Part shown: in pieces, positions 30,037 to 39,694 of the stretch
Numbering within the stretch: the stretch's first letter is position 1
Layout of the letters: each line of letters starts with the position of its first letter
NCBI GenBank assembly: GCA_963704405.1
Contig: OY969903.1
Location: forward strand, 2,948,909-3,012,908
Length of the DNA: 64,000 nt
Direction of reading: 5' to 3'
Source: an uncultured Phycisphaerales bacterium
Lineage (GTDB): Bacteria > Planctomycetota > Phycisphaerae > Tepidisphaerales > Tepidisphaeraceae
Notes under the pieces: model-generated
Database searches by the model: none
Seen by the model: only the letters and a program-made list of their open reading frames with translations
What the model was told of the DNA's origin: nothing
Position numbers and translations under genes: made by a program

Positions 30037-30431
30037 TGAGTGCTTGCAGCAGCGCGGCCCGTTGGTCGTCGGTAAGTTCCGCAGGTGGCAGCAATCCCAT
30101 CTTCGTGCTGGAAAGCGGTACGTGCTTTCTCAGTTCGTCAGCGTTCAAAGCACGCTTGAATGCTTTGGCATCATCGACACGCACCTGCCAAGGGAAACTT
30201 CGCCGCGTTTTCTTCCAAGCGGTGGGGTCGATGTTCAGCTTGCACGCGGTCGCTGCCGTTGAACGGACCTCGCATCTGCCCCGTCTCGAAGTTGTACAGA
30301 AACAGGGTGTCGCCGAATGCGATCTTGGAGTAATGATGCTGATGCATCTCGCCAGGGTTTGTGCCAAACAGCTTTCGCTCAAGGCATTCCTGTTCGGTTG
30401 AAAAATCGCAGAGAAAAATAAACGCGCCCAT
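30017..30431 (-). CDS. DCD (development and cell death) domain protein, PUA-like fold, frame broken near 30259-30260
   Basis: MGAFIFLCDFSTEQECLERKLFGTNPG..GDTLFLYNFETGQMRGPF joins ..AATACKLNIDPTAWKKTRRSFPWQVRVD.. after removing 1 nt. This matches the plant/bacterial DCD consensus (FIFxCN..T..EC..LFG..LFLYN..L.G.F.A.S.G..NI.P.A..FPxQVR). Confidence 0.75.
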
Positions 30432-30576
30432 GACTTCGCCTCGGTCAGCACCGTCTCAACACCTCGATCTTGGCGTCTGGCGATAAAACCGCAAGCGGTT
30501 ACACTTCTTACGAGGGGCTGGACGGGCAGGCACGTCGCCAAGTCAAGGTCGGCCTCGATCAGGAAGCTGCGAGCCG

Positions 30577-32979
30577 ATGGCACTCAAAAAATCCGAACTT
30601 TATTCGTCCCTTTGGTCCAGTTGCGACGAGCTTCGCGGCGGAATGGACGCCAGCCAGTACAAGGATTACGTCCTCGTGTTGCTGTTCGTGAAGTACGTCA
30701 GCGACAAGTACGCGGGTGTCCCCTACGCGCCCATCACCATTCCAGACGGGGCGAGCTTCAAGGACATGGTGGACCTCAAGGGCAAGACCGACATCGGCGA
30801 TCAGATCAACAAGAAAATCATCGGCCCCCTCGCCAACGCCAACAAGCTGTCGGACATGCCCGACTTCAACGATGCGACGAAGCTCGGCAGCGGCAAGGAC
30901 ATGGTGGATCGCCTCACCAACCTGATCGCCATCTTCGAGAACAAATCGCTCGACTTCTCCAAAAACCGCGCCGATGGCGACGACATTCTCGGCGATGCCT
31001 ACGAATACCTCATGCGGCACTTCGCCACCGAAAGTGGCAAGTCCAAGGGACAGTTCTACACACCCGCCGAGGTCAGTCGCATCATGGCGGAAATCCTTGG
31101 CATCCGAAACGCCAAGACCACCAACAACACCACCGTTTACGATCCCACCTGCGGCTCGGGTTCTTTGCTGCTGAAGGTCGGCGATGAAGCCACCGCTCAA
31201 GTCACGCTCTACGGCCAAGAAAAAGATGCGGCAACGTCGGGTCTTGCCCGCATGAACATGATCCTGCACAACAACCCGACCGCGCTCATCAAGCAGGGAA
31301 ACACGCTCGCTAATCCGCTCTTTACGACGGAAGACGGGCATCTCAAAACCTTCGATTACGTCGTCGCCAATCCACCGTTCAGCGACAAGCGTTGGAGCAA
31401 CGGAATCGATGCCGCCAATGATCCGCACGAGCGGTTCAAGCATTTCGGTACGCCACCCTCCAAGCAAGGTGACTACGCCTATCTGCTTCACATCGTTCGT
31501 TCGCTGAAATCCAATGGCAAAGGTGCCTGCATTCTTCCACACGGCGTTCTGTTCCGTGGCAACGCTGAAGCCGAAATCCGCAAGAACCTCATCCGCCAGG
31601 GATTCATCAAGGGCATCATCGGTCTACCTGCCAACCTGTTCTACGGCACTGGCATCCCCGCGTGCATCGTCGTCATTGACAAGGAACATGCCCACACCCG
31701 CAAAGGCATCTTCATGATCGACGCCTCCAGCGGCTTCATGAAGGATGGTCCCAAGAATCGCCTGCGCAGCATGGACCTGCACAAGATCGTTGACGCCTTC
31801 AACAAGCAGCTTGAGCTTCCGAAATACTCCCGCATGGTGTCCGTCGAAGAAATCGAGAAGAACGACTTCAACCTCAACATCCCGCGCTACATCGACAGCC
31901 AGCAGGCCGAAGACGTTCAAGACATCGACGGTCATCTGCGTGGTGGCATCCCCGAAAGCGACATCGATGCGCTGTCGAGCTACTGGTCTGTCTGCCCCAA
32001 TCTGCGTAAAGCACTTTTCAAGGCCAATCGAAAGGGCTATCTCGATTTGGCCGTGGCGAAGGACGCGATCAAATCCACCATCTACGGCCACCCCGAGTTC
32101 ACCACCTTCATCGGAGGCATGAACGATCATTTCGCCAAGTGGCGAAAGGCGACTGTGCCCGCCCTCAAAGACTTGCAGATGGGCTGCAAACCAAAGCAGG
32201 TCATCGGCGCGTTGTCCGAGGGTCTGCTCGCTCACTACACCGCCAAGCCGCTCATCAACAAGTACGACGTTTATCAGCACGTCATGGACTACTGGGCGAC
32301 GACGATGCAGGATGACTGCTACGCCATCGCTGCCGATGGATGGAAGGCAGAAACATCCCGCGTCATGGAGAAGGACAAAAAGGGCAAAGAGAAAGACAAG
32401 GGTTGGGTCTGCGATCTCGTGCCCAAGTCGTTCATTGTAGCCCGCTATTTCGCCAAGCAGCAGGAAGCGATCACCAAGCTCGAAGTGGAGCTTGAATCCG
32501 CCACGGCAAAACTCGCCGAACTCGAAGAAGAACATGGCGGTGAAGACGGCCTCTTCTCCGAACTCGACAAGGTGAACAAAGCTGAGGTCACCAAACGTCT
32601 CAAGGAAATTAAAGGCGACAAAGAAGCCAAGGACGAAGCCGATGCGCTCAACGAATGGCTAAAGATTAGCGAGTCTGATGCTGCGTTGAAAAAGTGTCTC
32701 AAAGATACTGAAGCCGAGTTGGATCAACTGGCCTACAAGAAGTATCCGATGCTCAGCCAGGACGAAGTGAAGTCGCTGGTTGTCGAAGACAAATGGCTCG
32801 CCACATTGGAAGCCGCCGTCCACAGTGAGATGGATCGCGTAAGCCAAGCACTTACTCATCGCGTCAAAGAGCTTGCCGAGCGGTACGAGACGCCGTTGCC
32901 AAAACTGACGGACGAAGTAGTCACCTTGGAGAAGGCTGTGAACCAGCATCTTGAAAGGATGGGGTTCAGATGGAAATGA
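30577..32979 (+). CDS. hsdM: type I restriction-modification system methyltransferase subunit HsdM with approx 300-aa C-terminal coiled-coil extension
   Basis: N-terminal HsdM domain (LWSSCDELRG), AdoMet motif VYDPTCGSGSLLL, catalytic VVANPPFS. Lys/Glu-rich helical tail. Confidence 0.95.
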   Translation: MALKKSELYSSLWSSCDELRGGMDASQYKDYVLVLLFVKYVSDKYAGVPYAPITIPDGASFKDMVDLKGKTDIGDQINKKIIGPLANANKLSDMPDFNDATKLGSGKDMVDRLTNLIAIFENKSLDFSKNRADGDDILGDAYEYLMRHFATESGKSKGQFYTPAEVSRIMAEILGIRNAKTTNNTTVYDPTCGSGSLLLKVGDEATAQVTLYGQEKDAATSGLARMNMILHNNPTALIKQGNTLANPLFTTEDGHLKTFDYVVANPPFSDKRWSNGIDAANDPHERFKHFGTPPSKQGDYAYLLHIVRSLKSNGKGACILPHGVLFRGNAEAEIRKNLIRQGFIKGIIGLPANLFYGTGIPACIVVIDKEHAHTRKGIFMIDASSGFMKDGPKNRLRSMDLHKIVDAFNKQLELPKYSRMVSVEEIEKNDFNLNIPRYIDSQQAEDVQDIDGHLRGGIPESDIDALSSYWSVCPNLRKALFKANRKGYLDLAVAKDAIKSTIYGHPEFTTFIGGMNDHFAKWRKATVPALKDLQMGCKPKQVIGALSEGLLAHYTAKPLINKYDVYQHVMDYWATTMQDDCYAIAADGWKAETSRVMEKDKKGKEKDKGWVCDLVPKSFIVARYFAKQQEAITKLEVELESATAKLAELEEEHGGEDGLFSELDKVNKAEVTKRLKEIKGDKEAKDEADALNEWLKISESDAALKKCLKDTEAELDQLAYKKYPMLSQDEVKSLVVEDKWLATLEAAVHSEMDRVSQALTHRVKELAERYETPLPKLTDEVVTLEKAVNQHLERMGFRWK

Positions 32980-34190
32980 AGGCCACGTTCAAAAACTCCG
33001 AGTTCGGCGCAATTCCATCTGACTGGGTTGAATATACCGTTGGAGAATTGATCACCTTTGAGGGAGGTTCTCAACCTGATAAGAGCGTCTTCCGACCGAC
33101 TCCAAAACAAGGGTACACACGACTGATTCAGATTCGGGACTATAAATCGGATCGTTTTGAAACTTACGTGCCAACACATCTTGCGCGAAGATTTTGTTCC
33201 AACCGTGACATCATGATTGGGAGGTATGGTCCCCCAATCTTCCAAATACTCCGTGGATTAGCAGGTGCATACAACGTCGCACTGATCAAAGCAGTGCCGC
33301 GACAAGAACTGAATACCGATTATGCCTATTTCTTTTTGACACAAGAAAGATTGTTCGCCTTCGTTGAAAAGCTATCACAGCGATCCTCTGGGCAAACGGG
33401 AGTTGATCTCAAGGAATTGCGCGCCTATTCCCTTCCCTTGCCGCCGACCAAGGCCGAGCAGGAGGCTATTGCTGGGGCGTTGAGTGATGCGGATCGGCTG
33501 ATCGAATCGCTGGAGCGGCTCATCGCCAAGAAATTGCAACTCAAGCAGGCGGCGATGGCGGAATTGTTGACGGGCAAAAGGCGATTGCCTGGGTTCAGCG
33601 GAGAATGGAACATCGTCAAGCTCGGTGAAGTTGCGAACATTCGCAGCGGCGGCACTCCCAGTACAACGAATCCGTCCTTTTGGGATGGCGGCATTCCATG
33701 GTGTACACCGACCGACATCACTGCACTGGAAGGAAAGCGATGGCTTTCCCGAACTTCACGAACGATCACCAGCGAGGGCCTTCAAGTGTCGTCTGCTGAA
33801 ATCATTCCCGCGAACTCTGTCGTCATGACATCCAGGGCCACTATTGGCGAATGCGCGATCAACACGGTCGCGCTGACAACGAACCAGGGCTTCAAGAACT
33901 TCATCCCGAGTCGGGTGAACGTTGAGTTCCTGTACTACCTCCTTCTCACCCAGCGCAACGGCTTCGTGAGGCTCTGCGGCGGCAGCACCTTCCTCGAAAT
34001 CGGTAAAGTCCAGCTACAGAGCTACGAAGTTTCTGTTCCACCGACAACAACCGAACAAGCCGAGATTGGTCACTTGCTTTCAGCTTTTGATGACGAGCTT
34101 GAAATTCTGGAGACAAAGCTCGGGAAGGCGCACCAAATCAAACAAGGCATGATGCAAACGCTCCTCACGGGAAAGGTCAGGCTCGTATGA
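32970..34190 (+). CDS. hsdS: type I R-M specificity subunit HsdS
   Basis: Two target-recognition halves separated by conserved helices (LPPTKAEQEAIAGALSDADRLIESLERLIAKK.. and PPTTTEQAEIGHLLSAFDDELEILETKL..LLTGKVRLV). Overlaps the hsdM stop and the hsdR start. Confidence 0.92.
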   Translation: MEMKATFKNSEFGAIPSDWVEYTVGELITFEGGSQPDKSVFRPTPKQGYTRLIQIRDYKSDRFETYVPTHLARRFCSNRDIMIGRYGPPIFQILRGLAGAYNVALIKAVPRQELNTDYAYFFLTQERLFAFVEKLSQRSSGQTGVDLKELRAYSLPLPPTKAEQEAIAGALSDADRLIESLERLIAKKLQLKQAAMAELLTGKRRLPGFSGEWNIVKLGEVANIRSGGTPSTTNPSFWDGGIPWCTPTDITALEGKRWLSRTSRTITSEGLQVSSAEIIPANSVVMTSRATIGECAINTVALTTNQGFKNFIPSRVNVEFLYYLLLTQRNGFVRLCGGSTFLEIGKVQLQSYEVSVPPTTTEQAEIGHLLSAFDDELEILETKLGKAHQIKQGMMQTLLTGKVRLV

Positions 34191-37100
34191 CCATCGGCCA
34201 AGCTGAACGCATTACACAGAATCGGGTCATCAAGCTGTTCAAGGAACAGCTTGGCTACAAATACCTTGGCGACTGGTGCAACCGCAGCGGTAACAGCAAC
34301 ATCGAAGCTGCAATGCTGGGCGACTACCTCAAGCGGCGCGGATACTCCGCAGCCCAGATCAATCAGGTGACCTACAGGCTCACAACCGAAGCGAATAACC
34401 CCAACCGAAGCCTGTACGACAACAATAAAGAAGTCTACTCCCTTCTTCGCTACGGCGTGGACGTGAAGACCGAGGCTGGCGAGAACACGGAAAAAGTGAA
34501 GCTGATCGACTGGCAGAACCCCGAGCAGAATGATTTTGCTGTCGCAGAAGAAGTAACGCTAAGTGGCAATCTCGAACGCCGCCCCGATGTCGTTGTGTAC
34601 GTCAATGGCATTGCGCTCGGCGTCATCGAGCTAAAGAACAGCCGCGTGTCGATTGGCGATGGGATCAGGCAACTGATCTCGAACCAGCAGCCGCAGTTCA
34701 ATGCGTGGTTTTTCTCGACGGTGCAGATCGTCATCGCAGGCAACGACTCTGAAGGGATGCAGTACGGCGCAATCGGGACGGAAGAGAAGTTCTTCCTGAG
34801 ATGGAAGGAAGACGAGCAGGACAACGCGCATTTCAAGCTGGACAAGTATCTGCTGAAGATGTGCAACAAGTCGCGTTTGATCGAGTTGATGTACGACTTC
34901 GTGCTGTTTGACGGCGGCGTGAAAAAGCTCCCGCGCGTTCATCAATACTTCGGCATCAAGGCGGCGCAGCAGCACGTTGAGAAGTTCAAGGGCGGAATCA
35001 TCTGGCATACGCAGGGCAGCGGGAAGAGCATCGTGATGGTGCTGCTGGCGAAGTGGATTCTGGAGAACAAGCCCAATGCGCGGGTGGTCATCATCACCGA
35101 CCGCGACGAGTTGGATAAGCAGATCGAAGGCGTGTTCAGCGACGCGGGCGAGAAGATCGTCCGCACGACCAGTGGACAAGACTTGATGAGTAAGTTGAGC
35201 CAGGCGAAGCCAAGGCTGCTTTGCTCGCTGGTGCATAAGTTCGGCAAGCGTGACGTGGAGAACTTCGAGCAGTTCATCAAGGAACTGCAAGCCCAGCCCA
35301 GTCATACGGTCGGTGACATTTTTGTGTTTGTCGATGAATGTCATCGAACCCAGAGCGGCAAGCTCCATCGAACGATGAAGGCGATTGTGAAGAACGCCGT
35401 CTTCATCGGCTTCACGGGCACGCCGTTGCTCAAGCAGGATAAGCAAACGAGCCTTGAAGTGTTTGGCGGGTACATCCACACGTACAAGTTCAGCGAAGCT
35501 GTTGAAGACGATGTTGTGCTGGATTTGATCTACGAAGCCCGCGACATCGATCAGCGACTTGGCTCGGAGGAAAAGATCGACGCATGGTTCGAGGCGAAGA
35601 CCGCTGGGCTGAACGACTGGCAGAAGGCCGCATTGCGCGAGCAATGGGGAACGATGCAGCATGTGCTGAGTTCCAAGTCGCGCATGGATCGGGTGGTTGC
35701 GGACATCGTGTTCGACTTTGGCGTGAAGCCGAGGCTCAGCAACAACCGAGGCAACGCAATGCTCGTGGTGTCAAGCATTTATGAAGCCTGCAAGTATTTC
35801 GAGCTATTCCAGAAGACAGCTTTCAAGGCCAAGAGCGCGGTCATCACATCGTACAACCCCCAGACCAAGGACATCACCACCGAGGATACGGGCGCGAACA
35901 CGGAAACCGACAAGGAGTACATCTACAACGTCTACTCTGAGTTGCTGAAGAACGTGAACGCGACGGGCGGGATGAGCAAGACGGAAGCGTACGAGGAAAG
36001 GGCCAAGGCACTGTTCAAGAAGCAGCCCGCGAATATGAAACTGCTGATCGTAGTGGACAAGTTGCTGACGGGATTTGATGCGCCGAGTTGCACCTACCTG
36101 TACATCGACAAGGAAATGCGCGACCACGGTTTGTTCCAGGCGATCTGCCGAACGAACCGATTGGACGGCGAAGACAAAGAGTACGGCTACATCGTTGGCT
36201 ATAAGAACCTGTTCAACAAAGTCGCGGACGCCATCAAGGTGTACACGGCGGAACTCGATCACAGTGACGACGGCAGCGGCGTTGATCCCGATGTGCTGAT
36301 GAAGGATCGGCTGACCGAAGGGAAGCGGCGACTCGACAACGCCCTCGAAGCGGCGGCGATGATTTCGGAGCCAGTCCTACCGCCCAAGGGTGAGCTTGAA
36401 CACATTCACTACTTCTGCGGCAACACCGAGATTCCCGACGACCTCAAGGAACATGAGCCTCAGCGTGTGGGCTTGTACAAGGCGACGGCAGGACTCGTCC
36501 GCGCGTATGCAAACATTTCTGATGAGTTGGAGGCGGCAGGCTACAGCGTAGCCGATGTTGCTCGCGTCAAGGCTGATGTGCAGCGTCAGTTGAAACTGCG
36601 CGAAATCATTCGCAAGGCGAGTGGCGAAACCATCGACCTGAAGGCGTACGAAGCCGACATGCGCCATTTGATCGACACATACATTGAGGCAGACGCACCA
36701 AGAAAGATTTCGCCGTTCGACAACATGCCATTGCTTGAACTGATTGTGAACACGGGCATCGCGGATGCGATCAAGGGATTGCCCGAGGGAATCAAGGGCA
36801 GCGAGACCGCAGTTGCCGAGACGATTGAGAACAATGTTCGCAGCAAGATCATCAAGGATCATCTGAACGATCCCGCCTTCTACGCGAAGATGTCGGCACT
36901 ACTGGACGAGATCATCGCCGCGCGAAAAGCAAAGGCGATTGAGTATGAAGCGTATCTGAAGAAGATTGCCGAACTGGCGAAACTGGTGCAGGCGGGACAG
37001 GCAGCGGATACGCCCGTCGCGTTGAACACGCCTGGCCGACGCGCGTTGTACAACAATCTGGGCCAGAACGAAGAACTGGCGATCAAGATCGATGAGATCG

Positions 37101-37239
37101 TCAAACACGTTCGCCCCGATGGTTGGCGCGGCGTGCAGCGCGCGAGCAAATCATCAAGCGAGGCTTGTACGATGTGCTGAAAAGCGTTGACGAAGTTGAG
37201 CGGGTGTTTCTTATTGTTCGCCAGCAGCGGGAATACTGA
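34187..37239 (+). CDS. hsdR: type I restriction enzyme R subunit HsdR, last approx 32 codons in another frame (indel in CG repeat 37138-37144)
   Basis: N-terminal nuclease region (RPDVVVYVNGIALGVIELK), helicase motifs (HTQGSGKS, FVDECHRTQ). After ..VRPDGWRGVQ the expected tail REQIIKRGLYDVLKSVDEVERVFLIVRQQREY-stop is read only in a different frame. It ends at TGA 37237-37239, overlapping the next ATG. Confidence 0.93.
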
Positions 37240-37955
37240 TGGTGACGCAGCTACAGCTTGGCGAAATCATCGTGGATGTCGTCAAGAAGGACATCAAGAA
37301 CATCCACCTGAGCGTTCATCCGCCAACAGGCAGGGTACGCATCTCCGCGCCGCTGCGTCTAAGCACGGACACGATTCGGGTGTTTGCCATCGACAAGCTG
37401 GGTTGGATCAAGCAGCATCAGCACAAAGTCGTCAATCAAGATCGAGAGACGCCGCGAGAGTTTCTTGACCGCGAAAGCCACTACGTCTGGGGAAAACGCT
37501 ATCTGCTGAAGATCATCGAAGCGGAGGCAAAGCCCGAAGTTGATCTCAAGCACCGCCACATCGTCCTCAAAGTTCGCAGCGGGTCAGATCATTCAAAGAA
37601 GCAGGCAATGCTCGATGACTGGTATCGAGGCCAGGTCAAAACTGTGATTGTGCCGTTGATCGAGAAGTGGCAACGGCTCATGAACGTGAAAGCAGAAAAA
37701 TGCTTTGTGCAGCGGATGAAGACGCGATGGGGAACCTGCAACGCCAAGGCGAAAAGCGTTCGCTTCAACTCGGAGCTTGCGAAGAAGCCAATCGAGTGCC
37801 TTGAGTACATTGTCGTGCATGAACTGGCCCATTTGCTTGAGCCGACGCACAATCGCAAGTTTGTGAAGGCGATGGATTACTTCATGCCCGACTGGCAACA
37901 CCGTAAGCAACTGCTGAATAGCCTTCCCCTCCGTCATGAAAACTGGAAGTATTGA
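37239..37955 (+). CDS. DUF45 / YgjP-like (SprT/M48-like) zinc metallopeptidase, common type I R-M companion
   Basis: WGTCNAKAKSVRFNSELAKKPIECLEYIVVHELAHLLEPTHNRKF carries the HExxH motif. Confidence 0.85.
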   Translation: MVTQLQLGEIIVDVVKKDIKNIHLSVHPPTGRVRISAPLRLSTDTIRVFAIDKLGWIKQHQHKVVNQDRETPREFLDRESHYVWGKRYLLKIIEAEAKPEVDLKHRHIVLKVRSGSDHSKKQAMLDDWYRGQVKTVIVPLIEKWQRLMNVKAEKCFVQRMKTRWGTCNAKAKSVRFNSELAKKPIECLEYIVVHELAHLLEPTHNRKFVKAMDYFMPDWQHRKQLLNSLPLRHENWKY

Positions 37956-37961
37956 ATGAAA

Positions 37962-37991
37962 GAGACGCCCGAGCATTCTCTCGGGCGTCTC
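37962..37991. terminator. 12-bp perfect-stem hairpin between convergent genes (bidirectional terminator candidate)
   Basis: gagacgcccgag-cattct-ctcgggcgtctc between stop 37955 (+) and stop 38011 (-). aaa lies 5' and gtt 3' of the hairpin. Confidence 0.55.
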
Positions 37992-38010
37992 GTTCCTGTG
38001 ACCGCTCTGC

Positions 38011-38463
38011 TCATTCGCTACCGAGCTTGAACAGCCCAGCCATTTTCTGCCGCCCGTCATATCGAACTTCGTACCCCTTGGCATGGAGGGGCTTTGCGTA
38101 CGAAACTCTTGTGAGGACACTGAGGTTCTGTAGCGTCCGACTTTCTGCATCCTTGCCCGTCTTCTCATTCCGCGCGTCCTTTTCCGCGAATGCCTTCCAT
38201 TGCTCGCCCATGACCCGCTTGACGGCTGGGACGATCTTGTCGAAGGGATGCATCTTGCCGACGCCCAGAGCTTGGAGGGCTTCGGCAGCCGCCCAATAGC
38301 TGCCGCCGACGCGATACGGATTCAGCGAGCCGCTTGTGACGCTGCCAGTCGCATTCTGGGGCGTTGCGGCCTTTTTCTTGCCCTTTGCTGCCTTCTTCGG
38401 CTTCGCGGCCTTCTGGGTCTTGCTGGTTGCCTTCTTCGACGCCTTCTTCTTCGCTGCTGCCAT
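38011..38463 (-). CDS. hypothetical protein with histone-H1-like Lys/Ala-rich N-terminus
   Basis: MAAAKKKASKKATSKTQKAAKPKKAAKGKKKAA.. followed by an approx 110-aa globular region. No family recognised. Confidence 0.6.
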   Translation of the reverse strand: MAAAKKKASKKATSKTQKAAKPKKAAKGKKKAATPQNATGSVTSGSLNPYRVGGSYWAAAEALQALGVGKMHPFDKIVPAVKRVMGEQWKAFAEKDARNEKTGKDAESRTLQNLSVLTRVSYAKPLHAKGYEVRYDGRQKMAGLFKLGSE

Positions 38464-38647
38464 TGTGACTCCCTGCGGCCTTTGCCGCGATTGATTGATG
38501 ATCGGCGACGAACGCTCGTCGCGGCTTGACCATTCAGGTCAACTTCAATGGCATAGTGCGAGTGGAACCTGTGAGATTGTCGATACCGAACGCGGGATAC
38601 CCAAATCGGTCTTGGAGTCCCAAAGGGAACCTATGCGAGCGCGATTC

Positions 38648-38660
38648 ACCCATCCCAAAA
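38648..38660 (-). promoter_or_regulatory. copy 1 of 13-nt motif TTTTGGGATGGGT (read on minus strand)
   Basis: Exact 13-mer, 184 nt upstream of the start of 38011..38463 and in the same orientation as that gene. Confidence 0.5.
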
Positions 38661-38795
38661 GTTGCACATCGAATGCGCGGCTGAGTTGGCGAAGCGTTCG
38701 ATTGGTGTTCCTATGGCGGCGTCGGAGTACCTTTTCAGACCCCTTCCCCCTGGGTACGGGGGTGTCCCGCAGAACTTTCTTCGCGCAGAAAACTC

Positions 38796-38831
38796 GTCGG
38801 CCCCATCGACTATCCCGCCGATGGGGCCGAC
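38796..38831 (-). terminator. 13-bp perfect-stem hairpin followed by TTTT on the minus strand
   Basis: gtcggccccatcg-(10 nt)-cgatggggccgac, 19 nt downstream of the stop of 38850..39161. The minus-strand 3' flank reads gagttttctg. Confidence 0.6.
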
Positions 38832-38849
38832 GCGATCTGTGACATCCGA

Positions 38850-39161
38850 TCAGATCAACTCCCATGTTCCATCGGCGCGCTGGTACTCGATGTCGGTCGC
38901 GCCCGCATTCGGCTTTCCGAAGTCGTCGAGCGGACGGAACTCTGCTTCATCACCATCGTCGGCTGTGACGACCATGATGCCTTCATAGTAAAGCTCGCCA
39001 TCATCGTCCTTCATGCGGAACTTGCGGCCCTCAGGGTGCGCGATGATCTGGGCGGCTGTGAGCTTTGCGTTGCGCGGGCCGACCATTCCTACCGCGTTGG
39101 CGTTCGATGGCTGACGGGCAGTCGGGTCGGCGATGAAGTCCTTTGTGATTGTCCAAGGCAT
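38850..39161 (-). CDS. hypothetical small protein (103 aa)
   Basis: Intact ORF with its own upstream motif copy and downstream hairpin. No family recognised. Confidence 0.55.
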   Translation of the reverse strand: MPWTITKDFIADPTARQPSNANAVGMVGPRNAKLTAAQIIAHPEGRKFRMKDDDGELYYEGIMVVTADDGDEAEFRPLDDFGKPNAGATDIEYQRADGTWELI

Positions 39162-39226
39162 AGGGTTCTCCTTTATCGCCAGTGCCGAGTTGATTGCTGT
39201 GACTTCCGCCGTCGAGCCGACGCGAC

Positions 39227-39239
39227 ACCCATCCCAAAA
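39227..39239 (-). promoter_or_regulatory. copy 2 of 13-nt motif TTTTGGGATGGGT (minus strand)
   Basis: Exact 13-mer, 66 nt upstream of the start of 38850..39161. Confidence 0.5.
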
Positions 39240-39260
39240 CTCGTTGCGCCCCCAGACGAC

Positions 39261-39563
39261 TCAATAGTCGTCGGGCATCAAGACGCAGGTGCTTGACCGA
39301 TCCGCTTCTGTGATGACCCAGACCTTGGTCCCCCCGTCCTTCAGCATGTACGCGGAGAACACCCGTTCGCCCTGCGCAAGCGCATCGACATTCGCCTGCC
39401 AGTCCTCTTTGCAGACAACGCCGAAGTCGCCTGTGACATGCCGCGCGAGAAGCGCATGCGCTGAGTCGCCTGTCCTGGCGAGTTCCGCCAGCGCGGCGGG
39501 CGTAGCGACAATGCGACCGAGGGGAAACTTCGGACCCGATGATGTGTTGTTGATTGCGACCAT
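39261..39563 (-). CDS. hypothetical small protein (100 aa) of a type common in plasmid/ICE accessory regions
   Basis: HVTGDFGVVCKEDWQANVDALAQGERVFSAY...KVWVITEADRSSTCVLMPDDY resembles a widespread plasmid-associated family (HxxGDWG..N..A...G.R..S.Y...IWIITEADRS.TT.LLP.EY) recalled from memory. Confidence 0.6.
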   Translation of the reverse strand: MVAINNTSSGPKFPLGRIVATPAALAELARTGDSAHALLARHVTGDFGVVCKEDWQANVDALAQGERVFSAYMLKDGGTKVWVITEADRSSTCVLMPDDY

Positions 39564-39609
39564 GCCGCCATTCGCTTAGCTGCGCCTGTGACATCCCTCA
39601 TCTGCGAAG

Positions 39610-39622
39610 ACCCATCCCAAAA
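39610..39622 (-). promoter_or_regulatory. copy 3 of 13-nt motif TTTTGGGATGGGT (minus strand)
   Basis: Exact 13-mer, 47 nt upstream of the start of 39261..39563. Confidence 0.5.
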
Positions 39623-39694
39623 ACACCTTACGCTGCGCCAAAGTCACAGACTTGTCGCGCCGCCCTTTGACGGTCCTCAACAAAGGAACGTCAA

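Noticed and set aside
30559-35662. Large minus-strand ORFs inside hsdM and hsdR (30559..31542, 31624..32535, 34631..35662)
   Set aside because: They are antisense to genes with unambiguous methylase and helicase motifs, and show no motifs of their own.
37187-37468. 93-aa ORF between hsdR and the DUF45 gene
   Set aside because: It overlaps the restored hsdR tail and the DUF45 coding frame, and its product is Arg/Ser/Ala-rich with no motif.
38495-38865. ORFs of 106-122 aa on both strands in the 38.46-38.85 kb gap
   Set aside because: They overlap each other, a motif copy and a terminator hairpin, and have biased composition. The region is more plausibly 5' UTR/promoter DNA.
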